From: a virus
DNA length: 39,583 nt
Strand: one strand, 5' to 3'
Virus record (IMG/VR): IMGVR_UViG_3300005535_000012
Location: 1-39,583 of that record
The translations under genes were made by a program, and so were the position numbers. Positions 33,131-39,141 of this stretch are shown here, one piece after another. The notes under the pieces are model-generated. The model searched no databases. It was not told the origin of the DNA and saw only the letters and a list, made by a program, of their open reading frames with translations. Position 1 is the first letter of the stretch. Every line of letters starts with the position of its first letter.

Positions 33131-33277
33131 ATGAACTTCCATCGCCTACACACCGTACTCGTGCTTTTGTCCGGTGGCTATCTTGAAGTCGCCTGCGCAG
33201 ACATGGAACTGCCGGAAATGCAGCGGCATTGGCAGATTCGGCGGACCGTGGATTACGGGCAAGTTTGCTGGTGCTGA
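33131..33277 (+). CDS. Possible small ORF, 48 aa; competes with the overlapping frame 33174-33389
   Basis: AAGGA SD and ATG 33131. The alternative frame carries a CxxCxGxG motif but has no good start. The region may be decayed. Confidence 0.3.
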   Translation: MNFHRLHTVLVLLSGGYLEVACADMELPEMQRHWQIRRTVDYGQVCWC

Positions 33278-33436
33278 CTGTTTTGTAGGGAGAGGAATGC
33301 GCAGGCTGATGCGCCACGGCTACCCCTTGGTTGCTCTTGGGATGAACGTGCAGGGACGTGTAAGTCGCCCGCTAGAACTTGGTCGATAGGTCTAGCAAGC
33401 CGGAGATCAGCACTGGCCCTCTCCCTACAGAGCAGT
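33277..33436 (+). other. Candidate structured RNA element (long closing helix plus three internal hairpins)
   Basis: 19-bp closing helix 33277-33295 / 33418-33436 (12 bp perfect: tgtagggagagg/cctctccctaca). The two non-Watson-Crick positions are U-G only when read on the plus strand. Internal hairpins at 33299-33314, 33371-33396 and 33399-33417. Confidence 0.4.
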
Positions 33437-33457
33437 AAGCATTGCGAAGGAGTTGAT

Positions 33458-33583
33458 ATGCGAGCCCACATTTACATGCGCTTCGGACTTTGGGTAACGA
33501 GGCTGGAAGATGAAACAGCGCTGCCATTCCGGACCTTCGAAGGCGCGGCAGCTTGGGCAAAACGGATTCACGAAGGTAACTAA
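33458..33583 (+). CDS. Small ORF, 41 aa (MRAHIYMRFGLWVTRLEDETALPFRTFEGAAAWAKRIHEGN)
   Basis: Strong AAGGAG SD 6 nt upstream; ends 11 nt before the pentapeptide-repeat gene. Confidence 0.5.
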   Translation: MRAHIYMRFGLWVTRLEDETALPFRTFEGAAAWAKRIHEGN

Positions 33584-33594
33584 CCGAGGAAGAC

Positions 33595-34353
33595 ATGAAG
33601 GTTGAGATCAAACATTGGATTACCGGCGCAGTTCTGTTTGCTCATAGCGCAGATGTGAACGGAATCGGGATCGCTCTGAGGGCTGCTATTGAATCCGGCG
33701 CGGACCTGCGCGACGCGGACCTGCGCGGCGCGAACCTGTACGACGCGAACCTGCGCTGCGCGAACCTGCGCGGCGCGAACCTGTACGACGCGGACCTGCG
33801 CGACGCGAACCTGCGCGGCGCGAACCTGCGCGGCGCGAACCTGCGCGGCGCGAACCTGCGCTGCGCGGACCTGCGCGACGCGGACCTGCGCGACGCGAAC
33901 CTGTACGACGCGAACCTGCGCGGCGCGAACCTGTACGACGCGAACCTGCGCGGCGCGAACCTGCGCGGCGCGAACCTGTACGACGCGAACCTGCGCGGCG
34001 CGAACCTGTACGACGCGAACCTGCGCGACGTTAAAAACCTTGTCTTCCAAATAATTCCTGAGGAAGGCGCATTCATCGGCTGGAAGAAACTCAAAGGCGG
34101 CGTAATCGCGAAACTGGAAATCCCGGCTGACGCGAAACGTAACTCCACACCTATAGGCCGGAAAAATCGCGCGGAATTCGTCCGAGTGCTGGAATTGTTC
34201 GGCGCGGATGAAACAGTAAGTCAGCATGACGGCGAGACGGTCTATCGAGTTGGTGAGATCGTACGTCCGGATTTGTACAACGACGACATTCGCCTCGAAT
34301 GTACGAATGGGATCCATTTCTTTATCACGCGCGCCGAAGCCGAGGCGTACTGA
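33595..34353 (+). CDS. Pentapeptide-repeat protein with a distinct C-terminal globular domain, 252 aa
   Basis: 22 consecutive A(D/N)L(R/Y)(D/G/C) pentapeptides; GAGGAAG SD. The C-terminal ~108 aa are non-repetitive. Confidence 0.85.
   Translation: MKVEIKHWITGAVLFAHSADVNGIGIALRAAIESGADLRDADLRGANLYDANLRCANLRGANLYDADLRDANLRGANLRGANLRGANLRCADLRDADLRDANLYDANLRGANLYDANLRGANLRGANLYDANLRGANLYDANLRDVKNLVFQIIPEEGAFIGWKKLKGGVIAKLEIPADAKRNSTPIGRKNRAEFVRVLELFGADETVSQHDGETVYRVGEIVRPDLYNDDIRLECTNGIHFFITRAEAEAY
33700..34029 (+). repeat. 22 x 15-nt near-identical tandem repeat (coding, in frame)
   Basis: The unit gcgRacctgYRcKRc varies only at positions 4, 10, 11, 13 and 14. All third-codon positions are invariant. 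Confidence 0.95.
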
Positions 34354-34372
34354 CACCACCCAGAGGGACCAC

Positions 34373-34675
34373 ATGAACGAGATCAAGCAGACATCGCTTA
34401 AACCAGTCGCTGTCATCGGCTCGGGCTGGCAACTTTTCTATGTCGGCACAGGGTCAATCGCGTCAATCGTGTATCAACACAGCCTGAAGATCGGCGATGT
34501 ACTGTACGCAGGCGCATTGCCCGCTGCGTCTGCCGACATGGCCGAGATACTCGAAATCATCTCGGCCGATGCAGATGCGGGCGAGATCCTGCTGACCTCC
34601 GGCATCCGCATGGTCCTCGACGCCGCGCTGATCAAGGCAGGGCGTAAGGAAGCGCCGGTTAGGACGGGAGAGTGA
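34373..34675 (+). CDS. Hypothetical protein, 100 aa (start moved to ATG 34373)
   Basis: GAGGGA SD. The upstream part of track ORF 34226-34675 overlaps the pentapeptide gene. Confidence 0.55.
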   Translation: MNEIKQTSLKPVAVIGSGWQLFYVGTGSIASIVYQHSLKIGDVLYAGALPAASADMAEILEIISADADAGEILLTSGIRMVLDAALIKAGRKEAPVRTGE

Positions 34676-34676
34676 G

Positions 34677-34958
34677 ATGAGCGAAGCGGAAAACTGGGCA
34701 CCGAAGCATATCTGGCTGCAACGCGAACAGGGCGAAATGGGCTCGCACACGTGGTGCGAAGACTCGGTCGGCACTGACATGATCGAGGAAGTCGGGTACG
34801 TACGGGCTGACGTGGCGCAAGAACTGCTAGAGGCGCTCCAATCTTTGGAAAGGCGTTTCCAAGTGGGAATTGAACTGGGCCTGTCTGCCGCAGAAGCATA
34901 CGACTCCTTTTATCAGGAGATCATATCGGAAGCTATCGTCAAGGCAACGGAGGCATGA
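34677..34958 (+). CDS. Hypothetical protein, 93 aa
   Basis: GGGAGAG SD. IWLQ...TWCED motif seen in other phage early proteins. Confidence 0.6.
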   Translation: MSEAENWAPKHIWLQREQGEMGSHTWCEDSVGTDMIEEVGYVRADVAQELLEALQSLERRFQVGIELGLSAAEAYDSFYQEIISEAIVKATEA

Positions 34959-35113
34959 TGCGCGCCCCACTCCAAAGCATCCGCAAGGTAGACGACAACG
35001 AATTACTGCGCGCCTGTGGTCGCGCTTACGCAGGTCTTGTCGCGATCTGCTGCGTGTTGATCGTGGTGTCTCTCACGGTTCAGTTTGGTGACGTTATTGC
35101 GAGGTCGGTATGA
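34955..35113 (+). CDS. Small membrane protein, 52 aa
   Basis: ATGA coupling at both ends; TM segment YAGLVAICCVLIVVSLTV. Confidence 0.45.
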   Translation: MMRAPLQSIRKVDDNELLRACGRAYAGLVAICCVLIVVSLTVQFGDVIARSV

Positions 35114-35403
35114 GCGAAGCGAAATTTACGCCGGGTCCGTGGAAATGGGACGACACGGTTTGGAATTACGATCCAGAACAACAATCACCGTGGTTAGTGG
35201 ACGAAAACGATGATTGGGTTCTGCGTGGCGGAATAAAGTGCAACGAAGCTAACGCTCGCCTGATCGCTGCCGCGCCGGAACTTCTCGAAGCATGCAAGGC
35301 ATTCGCTGACTATATCAGCGGCCCGACCTCATGGACGCAAGACCAAGAGGATGCATTGGTTACGAGCGTCCATTCCGCCATAGCCAAGGCAACGGGAGCC
35401 TGA
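35110..35403 (+). CDS. Hypothetical protein, 97 aa
   Basis: TPGPW...ANARLIAAAPELLEA motif common in phage hypothetical proteins. Confidence 0.6.
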   Translation: MSEAKFTPGPWKWDDTVWNYDPEQQSPWLVDENDDWVLRGGIKCNEANARLIAAAPELLEACKAFADYISGPTSWTQDQEDALVTSVHSAIAKATGA

Positions 35404-35404
35404 C

Positions 35405-35533
35405 ATGAAACGCATCCTCACCCACGACCTCACAAAGGTCTTCGCCGGCTGGATTGTGCTGTTCGTGTTCTGGCTGGTTCTGCCCGCTGACCCTCCGTAT
35501 GTAGACCAGGCGGTGCATCGGAGTCCGACATGA
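35405..35533 (+). CDS. Small membrane protein, 42 aa
   Basis: ATG 1 nt after the upstream stop; TM FAGWIVLFVFWLVL; its stop overlaps the next ATG (ATGA). Confidence 0.4.
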   Translation: MKRILTHDLTKVFAGWIVLFVFWLVLPADPPYVDQAVHRSPT

Positions 35534-35721
35534 AAGACGACGGGCCCGATTACTGGATGGCACAACAGGCGCAAGAAGAACTGGAATGGCATGAAGAGCG
35601 GAGAAAGAATCATGAGCGAGAAGAAAACCGGATTGCAAAGGCTGCGGGAGCCCTTCCCGGAACATCAGATCAGCCTCCTTCCCAAGCCCTACAAGCGGGA
35701 TTCCCCGAAGGGGAATTGTGA
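35530..35721 (+). CDS. Possible 63-aa ORF overlapping the annealase start by ~110 nt (uncertain)
   Basis: ATGA-coupled to the upstream ORF, but it has no stop before 35721. Only the first ~27 codons are non-overlapping. Confidence 0.3.
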   Translation: MKDDGPDYWMAQQAQEELEWHEERRKNHEREENRIAKAAGALPGTSDQPPSQALQAGFPEGEL

Positions 35722-36286
35722 TGTGTGTGGTGGCTGGCATGGTCTTCCTGCCCTCCATTTGAGCTATGTCGGCCATGCAGCACTTACCGACCGGTTGCTT
35801 GAATGCGATGAGAACTGGACTTGGGAGCCGCTGGCACTTGGCCCCGATGGATTGCCATTGCTGGATCGTGACGGCGGCATGTGGATTCGCCTGACGGTCT
35901 GCGGAGTGACTCGTCTGGGGTATGGCGATGCGCAAGGAAAGACTGGGCCCGACGCCACGAAAGAACGGATCGGCGATGCACTGCGCAACGCAGCTATGCG
36001 CTTCGGTGCCGCGCTTGATCTGTGGCACAAGGGTGATCTTCACGGTCCTGAAGAAGGCGACGGCGAGGAAAATACTAAGGCAGAAACACCTCACCAAGGA
36101 TTGGCAGCTTCTTCCTTGAAAACCCATGTCGAGGCCATCAAGAAAGCTCCCGATATGAATTCCCTCAAGTCTCTTCACGCAAGCGCATACAAAGCGGCGC
36201 ATGCGGTTCGCGACACGGTCGCAGAAGAGATCATAAATGAAGCGAAAGACGCCCGAAAACTTGAACTGGAAGAGGTTACATCATGA
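35612..36286 (+). CDS. Rad52-superfamily single-strand annealing protein-like, 224 aa
   Basis: LQRLREPFPEHQISLLPK...LSYVGHAALTDRLLECDENWTWEP...KERIGDALRNAAMRFGAALDLW fits the Rad52/Sak-type annealase pattern. GGAGA SD before ATG 35612. Confidence 0.55.
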   Translation: MSEKKTGLQRLREPFPEHQISLLPKPYKRDSPKGNCDVCGGWHGLPALHLSYVGHAALTDRLLECDENWTWEPLALGPDGLPLLDRDGGMWIRLTVCGVTRLGYGDAQGKTGPDATKERIGDALRNAAMRFGAALDLWHKGDLHGPEEGDGEENTKAETPHQGLAASSLKTHVEAIKKAPDMNSLKSLHASAYKAAHAVRDTVAEEIINEAKDARKLELEEVTS

Positions 36287-36786
36287 ACGCTATCACTCTC
36301 TACGCTCTGGCTGGCGAATACAAGGACGCCGCCGACAAGCTGGCAGAAATGGAGTTGGACGATCAGACAATTTCCGATACGTTGGAATCGCTTTCCGGCG
36401 ATCTCGAAGCCAAAGCAACGAACACGATCATGCTGGTTCGCAACCTCGAAGCGACTGCCGAGCAGATCAAAGCGGCCGAGAAAGCCATGGCCGAACGCCG
36501 CAAGGCATACGAGGCGCGAGCCACCCGAATCAAGCAGTACGTCATGGACAGCATGATCTTCGCCGGCATTACCAAGATCGAATGCCCGCTGTTCAAGATC
36601 GCGATACGCGACAACCCGCCGTCAGTCGTGATCGATGACGAGAAGCAGATTCCGCAATCTTATCTGACCGATCCGCTTCCGCCGCCTCCTGCTCCCGACA
36701 AGAAGCTGATCGCGCAGGCTATCAAGGACGGCTGTGAAGTGCCGGGAGCGCACTTGGAGCGTGGCCAGCGCTTGGAGGTTAAGTGA
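36283..36786 (+). CDS. Siphovirus Gp157-family protein, 167 aa
   Basis: Coiled-coil N-terminal half, then ...ITKIECPLFKIAIRDNPPSVVIDDEKQIPQSYL, as in Gp157-like proteins that accompany phage annealases. Confidence 0.55.
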   Translation: MNAITLYALAGEYKDAADKLAEMELDDQTISDTLESLSGDLEAKATNTIMLVRNLEATAEQIKAAEKAMAERRKAYEARATRIKQYVMDSMIFAGITKIECPLFKIAIRDNPPSVVIDDEKQIPQSYLTDPLPPPPAPDKKLIAQAIKDGCEVPGAHLERGQRLEVK

Positions 36787-37127
36787 GCGACGAAGCAGAA
36801 ATCAACATCTTCAAGGCGCTCGATTTCATTCGGGACAATGCATCGGAATACGCCAAAGCCAAGGCGACGCGCGTTTATCTCGAAGAGTTCCGAAAGAGCA
36901 AGAAGGCTTTGCTGATGAAAGATGCCGAGCGTGCTGGTCACAACGCAGTCAGCGCTCAGGAGCGCGAGGCATATGCAGACGAGGGTTATCAGGATCATCT
37001 GAAATCCCTGCAAGCCGCCGTCGAATCAGAGGAAAAGCTGCGCTGGCTGATGGTCGCCGCGCAGGCAAAGATTGCCGTCTTCCAAACGTTAGAAGCAACT
37101 CGGCGACTTGAGGCAAAGGTCTTATGA
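36783..37127 (+). CDS. Hypothetical helical protein, 114 aa; its last 13 codons are supplied by the HNH-like insertion
   Basis: GTG start after GGAGG. The C-terminus TLEATRRLEAKVL is duplicated in diverged form at 37559-37597. Confidence 0.6.
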   Translation: MSDEAEINIFKALDFIRDNASEYAKAKATRVYLEEFRKSKKALLMKDAERAGHNAVSAQEREAYADEGYQDHLKSLQAAVESEEKLRWLMVAAQAKIAVFQTLEATRRLEAKVL

Positions 37128-37558
37128 AAACTCATGGGATGCGGAAAACGCAGGAATACAAGGCTTGGTCTGAGGCAAAGCAGCGATGCCATAACCCGAA
37201 AAACGCCAAATACAAGTGGTATGGCGCCAGGGGAATTTCGGTATGTGACGAATGGAAAAATGATTTCGAGGCATTTTTCTCTCATATAGGACCAAAGCCA
37301 AGCGAAAAGCACGAGCTTGACCGTATCGATAACGACAAGGGATATGAGCCCGGTAACGTCCACTGGGTGACAAAGCAAGACAACGTGAGGAATCGCAGAA
37401 ATACAGTTAAGGTTGTTGTTGGCGGGAAAGAAATGACCCTTGACGATTACGCTAAGGCTGCTGGAATTCCATATGCGACAGCGTGGGCGAGGCTAAAGAA
37501 GCACCCCCATCTGATTAATGGAGAGCCAAAGCGCAGTGGCGGAAGAAAGAGCAGTCGC
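37086..37558 (+). mobile_element. 473-nt insertion cassette: recoded 13-codon gene end plus stop plus HNH-like ORF
   Basis: Bounded by the two homologous 39-nt segments (37086-37124 and 37559-37597). AT-richer than the flanks. Its length is not a multiple of 3. Confidence 0.5.
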
Positions 37559-37600
37559 ACCTTGGAGTCCACCAGGCGCGTCGAGGCAAAGACGATTTGA
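37124..37600 (+). CDS. HNH_3-like (degenerate) endonuclease/DNA-binding protein, 158 aa
   Basis: EYKAWSEAKQRCHNPKNAKYKWYGARGISVCDEW...LDRIDNDKGYEPGNVHWVTKQDNVRNRR matches a widespread phage HNH-type family. Its C-terminal 13 aa derive from the displaced end of the upstream gene. Confidence 0.55.
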   Translation: MKTHGMRKTQEYKAWSEAKQRCHNPKNAKYKWYGARGISVCDEWKNDFEAFFSHIGPKPSEKHELDRIDNDKGYEPGNVHWVTKQDNVRNRRNTVKVVVGGKEMTLDDYAKAAGIPYATAWARLKKHPHLINGEPKRSGGRKSSRTLESTRRVEAKTI

Positions 37601-37622
37601 CTTCATGGCAGCCCCCTTGGAA

Positions 37623-37649
37623 GGGCCGCAGTACCGGGCCCGACTTTTT
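37623..37649 (+). terminator. Candidate rho-independent terminator/attenuator
   Basis: gggcc-gcagtaccg-ggccc stem-loop followed by gacttttt. Confidence 0.35.
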
Positions 37650-37677
37650 GAGGCTGTACTACTGATTGAGGATGACG

Positions 37678-38309
37678 ATGAGCGTACCGACAGCCGTTTT
37701 CCTGTTCGACAAGACGGGCAACATGGCGAAGCCTTGGGCCGAAGCCGGCTACCGATGCATCTGCTACGACATCCAGCATGTCGGGCGCACCGTGCGCGAT
37801 GGGATCGTATTCCAGCAATGGGACGCACTGATCGGGCCGCCTGCGCTGCCGCCGGATTCTCTGGTTGTGTTCGGTTTCGCCTTTCCGCCTTGCACGCACC
37901 TAGCCGTCAGTGGCGCCCGCTGGTTCCAGGGTAAGGGTCTGCGCGCGCTGTCGCAGTCGATCGAGATGTTCGCCGCGGCGGCCGAATTCCTCGAGTCGCT
38001 CGGCGCGCCATACGGTATCGAGAACCCGGTGAGCGTGATTTCGTCGCACTGGCGCAAGCCAGACCACACGTTCCACCCGCACGACTATACCGCCTTCGAG
38101 CTGGCCGATCACTACACGAAGAAGACGTGCCTGTGGGTCGGCGGCGGATTCGAAATGCCCGCTCCGAATCGCGCGGAAGGTCTTGGCGCACCCGACAACC
38201 GGATCCACGCTGCCCCCCTTCCGACGACCGCGGCGACATCCGCTCGGCTACGCCGATGGGGTTCGCACGCGCCGTGTTCGAAGCAAACGCGAAGCAACTG
38301 ACCACCTGA
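37678..38309 (+). pseudogene. C5-cytosine-methyltransferase-like gene lacking a target-recognition domain; reading frame broken at a C6 run
   Basis: Motif I-like FLFDKTGNMAKPWAEAGY, motif IV-like FPPCTHLAVSG, motif VI-like IENPV. After cccccc (38213-38218) the plausible C-terminus PPSDDRGDIRSATPMGFARAVFEANAKQLTT continues in the -1 frame to 38309. Confidence 0.55.
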
Positions 38310-38373
38310 GGACCACACATGACCACCACCGACAATAGCCGCGCTGATGCGCTGACGGACCTGGAGGCGAACC

Positions 38374-39141
38374 GTGACTGAGCGAATCGTCTGTTGGTTT
38401 TCGGCCGGGGCTGCGTCCGCTGTCGCGACGAAATTGGCGATCGCCGAGAACGTGAGGGGCAAAAACCTGCCGTTGATCGTCGCCCAGTGTGGCATCGATG
38501 AAGAGCACCCGGACAACGTCCGTTTCGCCGCCGATTGTGAGCGCTGGTTTGGCGTTCCTATAACGCGGCTGACCAGCGAAAAGTTCGGGTCGTCAATCTA
38601 TGCCGTTTTCGAGAGAGAGAAATACATCGCCGGCGTGCGTGGTGCAGCTTGCACGCGTGCCTTGAAGAAGCACGTCCGAGAGGCATTCCAGCGCCATGGG
38701 GACATGCACGTGTTCGGATACTCAGCCGAGGAACAAGGCCGAGTCGACCAGTTCATCGACGGAAACAATGACGTTCTGATTTGGCCGATTCTGGTCGAAA
38801 AAGGCATAACGCACGCAGACTGTCTTGCGCTCATCGACCGAGCCGGAATCGAGATTCCGACGATGTACAAGCTCGGCTATACGCACAACAACTGCATCGG
38901 TTGCGTCAAAGGGGGCGCCGGCTACTGGAACAAAGTTCGCGTCGACTTCCCGCCTCAATTTGACCGCATGGCCAAGCTTAGTCGACGCATGGGCGTGAAG
39001 CTTGTGAAGGTCGGGGAGGAACGAGTGTTCCTCGACGAATTGCTGCCAGACGTCGGGGACTATCAAAACGAGCTGTCTATCCAGTGCGGAATCTTCTGCG
39101 AACTGGCTGAGAAAGACCTTGAAGGAGCGAATCATGGATAA
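38374..39141 (+). CDS. PP-loop ATP-pyrophosphatase, PAPS-reductase/DndC-like, 255 aa
   Basis: N-terminal PP-loop-like VCWFSAGAASAVA; C-terminal Cys pair HNNCIGCVKGGAGYW; GGAGG SD before GTG 38374. Confidence 0.6.
   Translation: MTERIVCWFSAGAASAVATKLAIAENVRGKNLPLIVAQCGIDEEHPDNVRFAADCERWFGVPITRLTSEKFGSSIYAVFEREKYIAGVRGAACTRALKKHVREAFQRHGDMHVFGYSAEEQGRVDQFIDGNNDVLIWPILVEKGITHADCLALIDRAGIEIPTMYKLGYTHNNCIGCVKGGAGYWNKVRVDFPPQFDRMAKLSRRMGVKLVKVGEERVFLDELLPDVGDYQNELSIQCGIFCELAEKDLEGANHG

Noticed and set aside
33174-33389. 71-aa ORF with a DnaJ-type CxxCxGxG motif (NCRKCSGIG).
   Set aside because: It has no usable start or SD, the second expected zinc-finger half is degenerate (DCFVGRG), codon bias drops in its 3' half, and it runs into the structured element. 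It is possibly a decayed gene rather than a live one.
33277-33436. The inverted-repeat-bounded 160-nt element as a MITE/transposon remnant.
   Set aside because: There is no target-site duplication at either candidate boundary. The arm mismatches are wobble-compatible only in plus-strand RNA, which fits an RNA structure better. It remains a minor alternative.
33700-34029. Tandem 15-nt array considered as a CRISPR-like or non-coding satellite.
   Set aside because: There are no spacers and the units are contiguous. The period is exactly five codons and lies in frame inside an ORF with the classic A(D/N)LXX pattern.
33580-34416. Long ORFs on the minus strand (278 aa, 168 aa) and an alternative plus frame (121 aa) through the pentapeptide region.
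   Set aside because: They are periodic read-throughs of the 15-nt repeat (VQVRAAQVR..., RRFAPRRFAS..., TRTCAARTC...). They have no start context. The pentapeptide frame has an SD, flanking non-repeat domains and a known fold signature.
38209-38222. Programmed -1 ribosomal frameshift at the C run in the MTase-like gene.
   Set aside because: In the zero frame the sequence is gcc ccc ctt, which is not an X XXY YYZ slippery heptamer. I saw no obvious downstream stem-loop or pseudoknot. A homopolymer indel is the simpler explanation.
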